Assembly: GCA_963701185.1 (NCBI GenBank)
Contig: OY969569.1
Span: 513,054-547,485 of the forward strand
Direction: 5' to 3'
Source: Candidatus Gottesmanbacteria bacterium
GTDB taxonomy: Bacteria > Patescibacteriota > Microgenomatia > UBA10105 > UBA927
DNA length: 34,432 bases
The translations under genes were made by a program, and so were the position numbers. Position 1 is the first letter of the stretch; the number at the start of each line of letters is the position of its first letter. Below, one piece after another: positions 18,716 through 29,712 of this stretch. The notes under the pieces were generated by a model. That model saw only the letters and a program-made list of their open reading frames with translations, was not told the DNA's origin and did no database searches.

Positions 18716-18741
18716 TTTGACATCCAAATGGCGGTAAGAAT
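18716..18741 (-). repeat. 3' arm of the pre-16S processing stem
   Basis: TTTGACATCCAAATGGCGGTAAGAAT is an inverted repeat of 20533-20558. 25 of 26 positions pair in the RNA when G-U is allowed. Confidence 0.8.
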
Positions 18742-18904
18742 ATGTATTGAGAGCATCGCTACCACTTCCGTACATAAGAAAGTGGGATCTGTAAAAGCGA
18801 TTTTAATTATGCGTCGCTCTCAGCGACGCGGTAATCGACGTAACTTTGTATATAGAAAAACCCTTACGGATTACACATATACTTAGAAACACCGATTTTA
18901 AAAT

Positions 18905-20496
<1,592 letters not shown>

Positions 20497-20532
20497 AATT
20501 AACGTAAGACATTACTGCTTACATTAATTTAA

Positions 20533-20563
20533 ATTCCTACCACCATTTGAGTGTCAAAGAACG
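20533..20563 (-). promoter_or_regulatory. boxA-like element (GTTCTTTGACA) and 5' arm of the pre-16S processing stem
   Basis: Resembles rrn boxA and is complementary to 18716-18741. Confidence 0.7.
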
Positions 20564-20579
20564 AAGCTAAAATGAGGCC

Positions 20580-20605
20580 AAAAAAACCCGACCAGGTGGT
20601 CGGGT
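20580..20605 (-). terminator. Intrinsic-terminator-like hairpin in the rRNA leader
   Basis: ACCCGACC-ACCT-GGTCGGGT followed by TTTTTT on the minus strand. Confidence 0.6.
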
Positions 20606-20643
20606 GGTTGTCCCAAATCCAAATGGTCTTACGGCTTAGGCAC

Positions 20644-21300
20644 TCATTGCTTGTCAATTATAGGGGAGATGGTGGCCATAGTCAATAGCCCCAGTCCGGA
20701 GCCCAATAATGCCCCGCCGATGACGTCGGAAAGCCAGTGGTGGCCAAGGTAAATGCGGCTGACGGCAACGAGAAGTATATAGAAAGCTAACCCTGCACCC
20801 AGCCATTTTTTCCTATGGAACAACATCCACGAAATTATAGCAATAAACACGGCCCTAGCTGTATGCCCGGAAGGATAGGAAAACTGCTCATTTATATAAT
20901 TTGCAGGAAAAATACTGGTTGTATGTTTTATCATTGAAAACGGCGGCGACGGATGATGGATAATGCTCTTTCCATAAAGTTCAACCAACACAATCAGCAC
21001 AAATGCCGCGGAAATGATAAGTGCGTGCCAATGTTTCTTTCTGAATGCCAACCCCGTGAGAATAAAAACGACAACGCTCGTAAAGACCGGACCGGCAAAA
21101 AACGAGGAACCCTCCATCACATTATCTACAAACGAGGCGAGTCTCAGATGTGCTGACTTATCTATCCGATCCTGTATTTTGACCGTGGCGGCAAAATCTA
21201 TGGACCGAATAACCTGCCGGTCTTCATATTTCGACAGCAACAAAAAAGCAAGAAGAAATATAATAGGAAGAAACAGTCTAAATTTTTTTGGTAATCTCAT
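20644..21300 (-). CDS. PAP2 family phosphatase
   Basis: KSIIHHPSP, SYPSGH and SRIYLGHHWLSDV. Start at ATG 21300. Confidence 0.9.
   Translation of the reverse strand: MRLPKKFRLFLPIIFLLAFLLLSKYEDRQVIRSIDFAATVKIQDRIDKSAHLRLASFVDNVMEGSSFFAGPVFTSVVVFILTGLAFRKKHWHALIISAAFVLIVLVELYGKSIIHHPSPPFSMIKHTTSIFPANYINEQFSYPSGHTARAVFIAIISWMLFHRKKWLGAGLAFYILLVAVSRIYLGHHWLSDVIGGALLGSGLGLLTMATISPIIDKQ
20657..20685 (-). promoter_or_regulatory. Sigma70 promoter for the 16S rRNA, inside the 3' end of the PAP2 gene
   Basis: TTGACT-17 nt-TATAAT on the minus strand, about 160 nt upstream of the 16S. Confidence 0.8.
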
Positions 21301-21802
21301 ACAACACAATTCCCAAAGAAACCATGACATTAAGACTTTTATTTATCCCCCACATCGGCAACTCAACGATCATGTCCGAGGCGTCCAATATATCTTTTGT
21401 AATACCCGCTGTTTCATTGCCGACGACAATTGCCAACGGCAAATTATATGTCGCCTGGTAAAATGGTTTACTTCGCGGATCCTGTTCGACGGCAACTATT
21501 TTTATCCCCTGTTCTTTCAATTTTTTCACCGCATCAATGGTATTTTTTGCGTATTCCCAGTTCACCCATCCTGTGGTATTGATCGACGCTTTTTTAATCC
21601 GGGAATTGGGGGGCGTGAGGGTAGTCCCGCACAAAATTACTTTTTCGGCCGCCACGGCATCGGCCAGCCGAAAAATAGATCCCACATTATACGTATCCAG
21701 TACGTTATCAAGGATGATCGTGACGGGATTTTTCTTGATGTTTTTTGCCGCTTCGGGATCTACCGGAGTCGTGCGCAATTCTTTCGCGTTTAACTTGAGC
21801 AT
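21278..21802 (-). CDS. TrmH/SpoU family RNA 2'-O-methyltransferase
   Basis: SPOUT motifs YNVGSIFR, VVGNETAG and LPMWGINKSLNV. Confidence 0.92.
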   Translation of the reverse strand: MLKLNAKELRTTPVDPEAAKNIKKNPVTIILDNVLDTYNVGSIFRLADAVAAEKVILCGTTLTPPNSRIKKASINTTGWVNWEYAKNTIDAVKKLKEQGIKIVAVEQDPRSKPFYQATYNLPLAIVVGNETAGITKDILDASDMIVELPMWGINKSLNVMVSLGIVLYEITKKI

Positions 21803-22319
21803 GAACGTATTTTATCACGTTTCGTTCAATCCAAAGAGAAACGTACCCAATGCCCAGCCCGACGAGCGTACCGGCAATAATATCGTAGGGATAATGCACC
21901 CCGAGGTACACGCGGGAAAGAGAAATGAAAAAAGCCAATGCATAAAACAGCCAACGAGCCCGGGGCTCCTTATCAGCGAGAACGACTGCCAGCGCCCAGG
22001 CAAACGTAGCATGGCCCGATGGAAATGAATAATCGGCAAGCTGCGCTCCCGGCGGGCGATTTCTGCTAAAAAAGTTTTTAAGAAGGATATCCGTAACCAA
22101 TATGCTCAATGATGAGGCCAAGACAACGGGCAGGAAAAACCAGTGATCCTTTTTTTCCTCACGGACAAATAACCAAACGCTTAACAGCAGCCAGATAATA
22201 ACCGTCGAGGCAAATACGCCTGACAATGTGAGTGCCATCGCATCGGACACCGCAGTATGCGGCCAGTGATTGATAAAAAGAAAAATTTTATGATCGAGTG
22301 TAATGAGCAGGTGATACAT
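21708..22319 (-). CDS. PAP2 family phosphatase (BcrC-like undecaprenyl-PP phosphatase)
   Basis: KNFFSRNRP, SFPSGH and SRVYLGVHYPYD. The C-terminal tail overlaps TrmH by 95 bp. Confidence 0.9.
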   Translation of the reverse strand: MYHLLITLDHKIFLFINHWPHTAVSDAMALTLSGVFASTVIIWLLLSVWLFVREEKKDHWFFLPVVLASSLSILVTDILLKNFFSRNRPPGAQLADYSFPSGHATFAWALAVVLADKEPRARWLFYALAFFISLSRVYLGVHYPYDIIAGTLVGLGIGYVSLWIERNVIKYVHAQVKRERIAHDSGRSRSGKKHQEKSRHDHP

Positions 22320-22323
22320 GACT

Positions 22324-22488
22324 TTACGGTGTGGGCGTCACAAAAATAATTTTAATCGCGCTGTCGTCCTCAGGCACAGGGGAAAGAACTCTTCTTCCTG
22401 ATACCAATACACCAACAATAACCGCAACGAAAATCAAAAATCCGACAATCAGGGTAATGGCAGCGAGCGTGCGGCGTCTATCATCCAT
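22324..22488 (-). CDS. 54-aa single-TM small protein, absent from the ORF track
   Basis: My translation: MDDRRRTLAAITLIVGFLIFVAVIVGVLVSGRRVLSPVPEDDSAIKIIFVTPTP*. It fills the topA-PAP2 gap and has TG-N-TATACT upstream. Confidence 0.75.
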   Translation of the reverse strand: MDDRRRTLAAITLIVGFLIFVAVIVGVLVSGRRVLSPVPEDDSAIKIIFVTPTP

Positions 22489-22504
22489 ACCAAACTTAAG
22501 TATA

Positions 22505-24529
22505 TCACTTTATGTCTTCTTTCTTCCACGCGGCGAAGGTGCAGGTCGGGTAATTGCTGCACCCGTAAAACGTTTTGCCGCGGCGGGTCTTTTTAATAAC
22601 GATATCTCCCCCGCAGCGCGGGCATTTCATGTCGATTTTTTCGCTAAATTGCCGGGTATATTTGCATGCCGGAAACGTGCTGCAGGCGATAAATTTTCCG
22701 AACCTGCCCATACGGATGACTAATGGATTCCCGCATTTCGGACATTTCTCATCTATCACCTCTTCTGCCACTTTCACTTTTTCTGCCTTATCATAGGCGG
22801 CATTCAAATCCTTTTCAAACGGCGTATAAAATTCACGGATCACCGGAACCCACTGGGCGTCACCATTTGCGATACTGTCAAGTTCCGCTTCCATCTTTGC
22901 CGTAAACGGCAACTCGAGGATGTCCGGAAAATACTGCACCAGAAAATCCGTGACGGAATTCCCGAGCTCCGTGGGAACCAATTTCTTTTCTTCTTTCACT
23001 ACGTACTGCCGGTCCTGAATGGTCGAGATAATCGGTGCATACGTCGACGGCCGGCCGATATCTTTTTCTTCCAACGTTTTAATAAGCGACACTTCTGTAT
23101 ATCGCGGCGGCGGATTGGTAAAATGCTGTTCGGGCTTGGCCTCTTTAAGCTGAACCGTAGCCCCTACCGCAACGTTGGGAATAATCACTTCATCAATATC
23201 CCGTCCCATGATTTTCAAAAACCCTTCAAATTTTATAACCGACCCCTGTGCCTCAAACACGTAGGCATTACTTGCCGTCACATCAATCGTTGTCGAATCA
23301 AACACGGCTTCCGAAGCCTGCGATGCGACAGCCCGTTTCCAGACAAGCTCATAGAGCCGGTGGTGGTCACGGTTGAGCTCTCCATCACCATCCAAGGCAC
23401 CGCTCAGTGTGGTCACAGTCGTAGGCCGTATTGCTTCATGCGCCTCCTGGGCAACTTTGGATTTTGTGTGATATTTGCGTGCTGCTGCAGAGACAAATTC
23501 TTTCCCATAGGTCGCAGCAATATATGCGCGGGACTCATCCAAAAATTTATCGGAAAGATTTACCGAGTCGGTCCGGTGATACGTAATATACCCTTCCTCA
23601 TATAATTTCTGTGCAAGCTGCATGGTTTTTTTAGCGGAATAATAGAGCTTGCGGCCCGCGTCCTGCTGGAGCGTGCTGGTTGTATACGGCGCCGAAGGCG
23701 AACGCCGGATTTCCTTTTTATCCACAGCCGTTACGGTAAACGGTGCCTTCAAGTCCGCAACAATTTTTTTCGCGGTTGCTTCATCAGCGATTGATGTTGA
23801 GCTTGTCGTATATTTTCCGTCAAACAAATCAAAACTAAGGATCTCTTCATACTTCACTCCGTCTTTAGAAATTAATTGCGCGGTAATCGCCCGATCAAAT
23901 ATGCCCTCAATCGTCCAAAATTCCTTCTTCGTAAACCGCTCAATCTCGCGTTCCCGCTCGACAATGAGCCGGACGGCAACAGATTGGACCCGCCCTGCGG
24001 ATAACCATCGTTTAGAAAGTTTCTGCCAAAGTAAGGGAGAAAGTTTGTATCCAACCAATCTATCTAATATACGGCGGGCTTGTTGGGCATCCACAAGTTT
24101 GAGGTCTATGGATCTCGGGTTTTTGAGCGCCTCTGCGATTGCGTGCTCGGTAATTTCATGAAATGCAATCCGTTGAAATGTGGAGGGGTCACGCGCTGGT
24201 GCGGGTACCGGAATTTTCTTCGTCTTTTTTTCTTCCTGGGACAATAAAAATGCCACATGCCAGGCGATTGCCTCCCCTTCGCGGTCAGGGTCTGTCGCAA
24301 GAATAATGGTATCTGCCTTTTTGGCAACTGCTTTTAATTCTTTCGCGTGTTTTGCCTTATCGCGCGGAATAATGTAGCGCGGTGTAAAATCGTGCTCAAC
24401 ATCAACCCCTAAATCGGACTTGGGCAAATCCCGGATGTGTCCCATGGTCGCCATCACGTCGTACTTCCCCTTCAAATAGCGGGTTAACGTTTTTGCCTTC
24501 GTCGGTGATTCAACAATAATCAAATTCAT
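22505..24529 (-). CDS. topA: DNA topoisomerase I
   Basis: IVESPTKAK, ATDPDREGE, SAGRVQS, catalytic ITYHRTDS, and two C-terminal C4 zinc ribbons. Confidence 0.98.
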   Translation of the reverse strand: MNLIIVESPTKAKTLTRYLKGKYDVMATMGHIRDLPKSDLGVDVEHDFTPRYIIPRDKAKHAKELKAVAKKADTIILATDPDREGEAIAWHVAFLLSQEEKKTKKIPVPAPARDPSTFQRIAFHEITEHAIAEALKNPRSIDLKLVDAQQARRILDRLVGYKLSPLLWQKLSKRWLSAGRVQSVAVRLIVEREREIERFTKKEFWTIEGIFDRAITAQLISKDGVKYEEILSFDLFDGKYTTSSTSIADEATAKKIVADLKAPFTVTAVDKKEIRRSPSAPYTTSTLQQDAGRKLYYSAKKTMQLAQKLYEEGYITYHRTDSVNLSDKFLDESRAYIAATYGKEFVSAAARKYHTKSKVAQEAHEAIRPTTVTTLSGALDGDGELNRDHHRLYELVWKRAVASQASEAVFDSTTIDVTASNAYVFEAQGSVIKFEGFLKIMGRDIDEVIIPNVAVGATVQLKEAKPEQHFTNPPPRYTEVSLIKTLEEKDIGRPSTYAPIISTIQDRQYVVKEEKKLVPTELGNSVTDFLVQYFPDILELPFTAKMEAELDSIANGDAQWVPVIREFYTPFEKDLNAAYDKAEKVKVAEEVIDEKCPKCGNPLVIRMGRFGKFIACSTFPACKYTRQFSEKIDMKCPRCGGDIVIKKTRRGKTFYGCSNYPTCTFAAWKKEDIK

Positions 24530-25158
24530 AATTCTTCTATGATATCATCCGCGGATTCTACCAGTTTCGCGCCGTTTTTCAAAAGAATCGATGATGCACG
24601 GCTATATGTATTCGTTATCTGACCGGGTACCGCAAATACTTCCCGCCCCTGCTCTGCCGCATACCGTGCGGTAATAAGTGTCCCGCTTACCCGTGCCCCT
24701 TCAACAACAACGACACCCAGAGATAAACCGCTTATAATTCTGTTTCTCGTCACAAACCGTTTCTTGTCCGTGACTACCCCGGGTGGGATCTCCGAAACGA
24801 CTGCGCCGTGGCCTTTTATGATATCCCAATACAAGTTAGCATTACGTGCCGGAGCGATAATGTCAATACCGCAACCTAAAACCGCAATCGTTTTTCCGCC
24901 TGCGTTAATCGCTGTCCAATGTGCAACTGCATCTATCCCCAACGCTAATCCCGATACAATCGTAAACCCCTGATTCACCAAATCGGACACGAGTTTTTTT
25001 GTGATGGCAATGCCATAGGGAGTCGGATGCCGGGTTCCGACGATCGCAATAGTTTTATTCAGATTAATTTTGGAGCCGGCTCCCCGCACGTACAGTACCG
25101 CCGGCGGATCGGGAATTTCTTTGAGAAGCCGCGGATACTTCGGACTATCAATGGGCAC
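24526..25158 (-). CDS. dprA: DNA-processing protein DprA, Rossmann core only
   Basis: IAIVGTR, IVSGLALGIDAVAH, RNRIISGLS, SGTLITA and GREVFAVPG. Upstream of topA as is common. Confidence 0.95.
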   Translation of the reverse strand: MPIDSPKYPRLLKEIPDPPAVLYVRGAGSKINLNKTIAIVGTRHPTPYGIAITKKLVSDLVNQGFTIVSGLALGIDAVAHWTAINAGGKTIAVLGCGIDIIAPARNANLYWDIIKGHGAVVSEIPPGVVTDKKRFVTRNRIISGLSLGVVVVEGARVSGTLITARYAAEQGREVFAVPGQITNTYSRASSILLKNGAKLVESADDIIEEL

Positions 25159-26299
25159 TAACGACGTCGTATACCTCCTTTAATTTGGACCAGGAAGCGC
25201 GGTTGTCAAAATGCTTACGCGCATATTCACGCGCCTGATCCCCCATCAACGCGGCCTTCACCGGATCGTCCAAAACTTCCAGAACCCTGCTGGCAAATAC
25301 ACGGGTGGATTTACGGTACACTTTGATACCGGTAACCCCGTCGGCGATAAGATCGTTAATCGACAACCCGTTGAGGGCAACAATAGGGATGGCGGCTGCC
25401 ATCGCTTCCGCCAGCACCCGCCCGAATGTCTCCGTCTGCGATGCATACACAAACAGATCCGCGGCCGCGTACGCATCCTCGATGTTTTTCGGCGTCCGGT
25501 CCGTCACGATATGGACAAACTGAGCAACGTGCTTCCGGCGCGCATATGCGCGGATACTCTCCTCTTCCATACCGCTTCCGACCAGAAAAAAATGTGTGCG
25601 GGGCTTCCGACGATGAATAAACAAAAACGACCGCAGGAGAAAATAGATATTCTTTTCTTTTGCAAGCCGGCCGACGTACAGAAGCACCATATCACGGTCC
25701 GATATCCCGTACCGCTTCCGCAGCGATGCCCGGTTGCCGGTCCCGAATTTTTTTGTGTCAATGCCCGGAGGCACGATGTACATAGGCGTACGCACTCCCT
25801 TGACGGCAAGTTCGTCTTTCAGCGTTTCGTTTGCCACGGTCACGGCGTCGCAGGCGTTCATAAACCGGACCACCATGCGGGTCACAATCAGGTTAATAAA
25901 TTTTGTTATGGGAAACGGGAAATATGTCCTGACATAATCGGTGTAGCGCGTATGGTACGTAAACACGACCGGCAAATGGAATTTCTTTTTAATGATAAGC
26001 GCCAGACGGCCGATATAGAACGGATGGTGGACATGAAGGAGCGTAATATGGCGCGCAACAATTTCTTTTTCAATCGAACGCGCCGGAAATACCGGAATGG
26101 TAATGCCGAGTTTTTTATATAACCGGATTGCGGGATACTCAACGACATCCGGTATCGCGGATTTATTCCAGTCCGCCTGCGAGGTAAATACCGTCATACG
26201 CATCCCGGCGCGTTCTGCTTCTTTTTTCCAATCACCGATCGTCAATACCACCCCGTTGATGAGGGGATAATAATAGTAGGTAAAAACACCGATATGCAT
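25148..26299 (-). CDS. GT4 glycosyltransferase, diacylglycerol glucosyltransferase-like
   Basis: MHIGVFTYYYYPLINGVV, FTYHTRY, YVGRLAKEKN and ETFGRVLAEAMA. Confidence 0.88.
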   Translation of the reverse strand: MHIGVFTYYYYPLINGVVLTIGDWKKEAERAGMRMTVFTSQADWNKSAIPDVVEYPAIRLYKKLGITIPVFPARSIEKEIVARHITLLHVHHPFYIGRLALIIKKKFHLPVVFTYHTRYTDYVRTYFPFPITKFINLIVTRMVVRFMNACDAVTVANETLKDELAVKGVRTPMYIVPPGIDTKKFGTGNRASLRKRYGISDRDMVLLYVGRLAKEKNIYFLLRSFLFIHRRKPRTHFFLVGSGMEEESIRAYARRKHVAQFVHIVTDRTPKNIEDAYAAADLFVYASQTETFGRVLAEAMAAAIPIVALNGLSINDLIADGVTGIKVYRKSTRVFASRVLEVLDDPVKAALMGDQAREYARKHFDNRASWSKLKEVYDVVSAH

Positions 26300-26330
26300 A
26301 ATCACCGTGACAATGCGCAGTCTTTTTATT

Positions 26331-27440
26331 ATGATGATCTATGTGACAAAAGGCAAAAGATATAGTACGGCTTCCGTTGGTTGGCAATCATGGAGCCCTG
26401 TCCATGCTGCCGTTTTAAAATTTCCTGTACGTAATTATTCACCGTTTGGAGATATACAGGCGTTTCCCTCACGCTCTGTCAAATTACCTACACGTCATAC
26501 ATCTGCGCTGACCGGCTGGTGCTCATGGTATGCCTACGGATCAAATATTTCCGAAGAAAAAATACTGGCTCATGTCGGATTCATCATACAACACCATATT
26601 CCGCTCTCTACTATTCTTATAGACGATGGATGGGCCCCGTGGGGCGATTGGAAAATACCGTATAAAAACAAATTTTCCGACGGCATGCGAGCCCTTGCAC
26701 AAAAAATTACCAACTTTGGGTTAAAACCGGGACTATGGATCGCCCCGTTTCTGTGCAATCCGGATGCAGAACTAGTAACAAAACACCCGTCATGGTTTAT
26801 TCGTACGCCCGATAGCGCATATGTGGACGGAAGGAAAATATCACCATTTGATCGTATGCTGCCGTATAAAAAATGGATTTTGGATATGACCAAACCCGAA
26901 GCTCAATCATATATTTTTCGCGTTATAGATACGATTATTTCAGATTGGGGGTATACATTTTTAAAACTTGATTTCCTCTATGCGCAACATTTTAATCCGA
27001 AATTTACATCTCCTACAATTCCTGACAGACTGCTTCATGATTTCCTTATTACAATAAAAAAGCGCTATCCGCGGGTCCACATCGCCGCGTGCGGATGTCC
27101 CCTCATTCCTGCTATCGGCGCATGCGACTCAATGCGAATAAGTGAAGATATTGTCAATCCGCAACTTCGTGACATCTGGACTGTTAACCATATAGTACAT
27201 TCACAACGCCTTATACAACTCCGACAAAACCTACTACTTCTGCGCTTCACCAATAAATGGTGGATCCTTGACCCTGATGTGTTTGTCTGTGATCCGGCAT
27301 ATGGGTTTTCACCAGCACAAATACGAACATTACAAAAGACTATTATAGAAACAAAGGGGCTTCGATTCTTAGGTGATAATTTACTTACACTTGACGCAGA
27401 AAAAATTGAAAAGGAGATTATACCTTTCTTGTCCACATAG
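26331..27440 (+). CDS. GH36 alpha-galactosidase-like glycoside hydrolase; start uncertain
   Basis: TGWCSWY, IDDGW, PGLWIAPF, nucleophile KLDF, acid/base MRISED, and DPD. Confidence 0.85.
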   Translation: MMIYVTKGKRYSTASVGWQSWSPVHAAVLKFPVRNYSPFGDIQAFPSRSVKLPTRHTSALTGWCSWYAYGSNISEEKILAHVGFIIQHHIPLSTILIDDGWAPWGDWKIPYKNKFSDGMRALAQKITNFGLKPGLWIAPFLCNPDAELVTKHPSWFIRTPDSAYVDGRKISPFDRMLPYKKWILDMTKPEAQSYIFRVIDTIISDWGYTFLKLDFLYAQHFNPKFTSPTIPDRLLHDFLITIKKRYPRVHIAACGCPLIPAIGACDSMRISEDIVNPQLRDIWTVNHIVHSQRLIQLRQNLLLLRFTNKWWILDPDVFVCDPAYGFSPAQIRTLQKTIIETKGLRFLGDNLLTLDAEKIEKEIIPFLST

Positions 27441-27442
27441 CA

Positions 27443-29200
27443 TTATCTCCCAAACCATTCCTCCAAAATCTTTTTTGCAACCGGCGCGGCGACATTGCTG
27501 CCTTCGCCCGCGCCTTCAACCAATACGGTGACGGAAAGTTCAGGGTCACCCGAGAGTATTTTTGTATCATCCGTCACGCCCGCCTTCGATATACCCGCCT
27601 CGCCGGCAGGCAGGTCTTCGGCGGGTAAAGGCGCGAACGCGGTAAACCACGCGTGCGTCCGGTTTTTGGGGTCGCCGAATTCCGCCGTACCGGTTTTGCA
27701 CGCAACCGGAATTTGTTTGAGCGTACCCGAAGAGGACGCGGAAAACCCAAACAGCGGCCAACCGGTGCCGCCTGTCGCGCAAGCTTCCTGCATGCCCGTC
27801 GAAATTAGTTTAATCGTCTCCGCTTTAATTCCGATATCTTTACAGTCCCCTTTTCCGCCGGAAATTTTCGCAATCGTCGGCCGGCATAACTTTCCGCCGT
27901 TTGCGATACTATTTGTCCACGCATTGACCTGCAGCGGGGTCGTCAACAAATATCCCTGCCCGATAGCGACATGGTACGTATCCCCCAAATACCACTCGTC
28001 TTTATGTGCGGCGCGGTCGGCCGGCGAGTTAAACGCCGCCGCCTTCCAGGCGGGATCCGGCACCAGACCCGTTGCCTCTCCGGATAATTCAATGCCAAGA
28101 GGTTTTCCCAACCCCACGATATGCGCCCATTTTACAATTTTCGTAATCCCCAACAATTCCCCGACTTTATAGAAAAAGATGTCGTTACTCCGCTTTAAGG
28201 CTTTCACGATATCCACCGGGCCTTCGGTCTTGCCATATTGGAGAAAATACCAGTTCGGAAATGTAAACTGCCCGATGGTGATGGTCCCGTTATCCTCAAT
28301 AATCGTATCGGGTTTGACATATCCTTCTTCCATACCGGCGATGGCAAGAACTATCTTAAACGTCGATCCCGGCGGGTACGTGCCTCCGATTGCCCGGTTA
28401 AAAAGAGGCCTGTCCGGATTGGTGAGCAGCGCGGTATACTCGCCTGTCGACATGCCAAGAGCGAACCTGCTGGCTGAAAACGCAGGAGCAGAATACAGCG
28501 CCAATACTTCTCCGGTGCCGGGTTTGGAAACAATGATTGCCCCTTTCTCACCGGACGGAAACGCGCGGGCGACCGCCTCAGAAAGAGATGCGTCCACCGA
28601 CAGCATGACATCTTCACCGGGAATTGCTTCCTGGCGTCCAAGCACGCGCAGAATCTTACCGGTAGCGTCAACTTCGACGAGTTCGCGGCCGTCCCGGCCG
28701 CGAAGCTTATCTTCAAAATAGGCTTCCGCTCCTGATCTGCCGACTTTATCGCCCGCCTGATATTCACGGATGGAGTAATATTCATCGTGAAGCTCGCCAT
28801 CCGTCAGTTCTCCCGTATATCCGGTCACCTGGCTTAAACTATCGGGATAGACATATTGTCTCCGATAATCCGTCTCCATATAATTTCCCACTCGTCGATT
28901 CTGTGGAATATTAGCAACCAGCGGTTTACCCGCCCGGTCCAACAGGATGCCGCGCGGCGCGTGGATGATGAGTTCCCGTGTCCTATTGTTATCAGCCAAT
29001 GCGCGGAATTGGTGACCCCGGATAATAGTAAGATCAAACATCCGCCACATCAGTATAAAAAACGAGACAAACAATATGGTGGCGAATATGAGCGCCCGGC
29101 CGGCGCCAAGCCACCAACTCGCTCCGGAATCCCGCGGCATACGGGTCCCTGTTTTTGCAGTAACGGAGAGACTATCGGAAAATGCTTTACCTAGTTTCAT
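27443..29200 (-). CDS. mrdA: Penicillin-binding protein 2 (class B)
   Basis: TM anchor, APRGILLDR, YPPGSTFK (SxxK), SND and KTGTAE. Start at ATG 29200 (MKLGKAF), overlapping the upstream stop. Confidence 0.92.
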   Translation of the reverse strand: MKLGKAFSDSLSVTAKTGTRMPRDSGASWWLGAGRALIFATILFVSFFILMWRMFDLTIIRGHQFRALADNNRTRELIIHAPRGILLDRAGKPLVANIPQNRRVGNYMETDYRRQYVYPDSLSQVTGYTGELTDGELHDEYYSIREYQAGDKVGRSGAEAYFEDKLRGRDGRELVEVDATGKILRVLGRQEAIPGEDVMLSVDASLSEAVARAFPSGEKGAIIVSKPGTGEVLALYSAPAFSASRFALGMSTGEYTALLTNPDRPLFNRAIGGTYPPGSTFKIVLAIAGMEEGYVKPDTIIEDNGTITIGQFTFPNWYFLQYGKTEGPVDIVKALKRSNDIFFYKVGELLGITKIVKWAHIVGLGKPLGIELSGEATGLVPDPAWKAAAFNSPADRAAHKDEWYLGDTYHVAIGQGYLLTTPLQVNAWTNSIANGGKLCRPTIAKISGGKGDCKDIGIKAETIKLISTGMQEACATGGTGWPLFGFSASSSGTLKQIPVACKTGTAEFGDPKNRTHAWFTAFAPLPAEDLPAGEAGISKAGVTDDTKILSGDPELSVTVLVEGAGEGSNVAAPVAKKILEEWFGR

Positions 29201-29712
29201 GTGAGGATGAGGATGAGTATCCAAGAATATAGTGCTCCCGCAATCACTTGTGCTATCGTATGATCGCGACGTACAACTCTCGCCCACCCGACTAAGGGAA
29301 CGATCAAAAGCACCGGCCACCATACCCAACCGAACCGAGCAACGATGGTAGCGGTTGCAAGTCCCGCTGCCATCGCATGGCCGGATATTTTCCAAAAATG
29401 GGTGATAACGGAAAATCCAATCAGGGCAATAAGAATGGGTATCATCGTCCCAATGTGAAACAGGAAGACACCCAGCGCTTCTATGGCAACAAGAGACCAT
29501 AATATTTTCGGCCGCTCTCTCCGGTCACTCACATCCCAGTTGGCAACAAATTTTGTTTTCCAGGCGACGAAAAACAATACAAGAGGCACAAGAATCATGC
29601 AGATGAATGCAGGGAAAAATACGGGCGTACCGGAAAGAAGAACGACAAATACAATGGCGAGCAGAATAAACGGATCGAATACTCGGGAAATAATTGTCGC
29701 AACTTTTTTCAT
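29197..29712 (-). CDS. PAP2-like polytopic membrane protein
   Basis: About six TM helices with WKISGHA and ARVVRRDHT..QV, which are degenerate PAP2 C2/C3 motifs. Confidence 0.7.
   Translation of the reverse strand: MKKVATIISRVFDPFILLAIVFVVLLSGTPVFFPAFICMILVPLVLFFVAWKTKFVANWDVSDRRERPKILWSLVAIEALGVFLFHIGTMIPILIALIGFSVITHFWKISGHAMAAGLATATIVARFGWVWWPVLLIVPLVGWARVVRRDHTIAQVIAGALYSWILILILT

Noticed and set aside
18742-18904. Hairpins downstream of the 16S (e.g. GCGTCGCT-CTC-AGCGACGC) as a tRNA or terminator
   Set aside because: No cloverleaf and no U-tract on the minus strand. Probably pre-rRNA trailer structure.
25211-26122. 303-aa plus-strand ORF
   Set aside because: Antisense shadow of the GT4 gene with no motifs. 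The same applies to 21014..21793, 27495..28172 and 28179..28721.
29200-29500. 100-aa N-terminal extension of PBP2
   Set aside because: It overlaps the PAP2-like gene in another frame. The coupled start at 29200 gives a normal PBP2 N-terminus.
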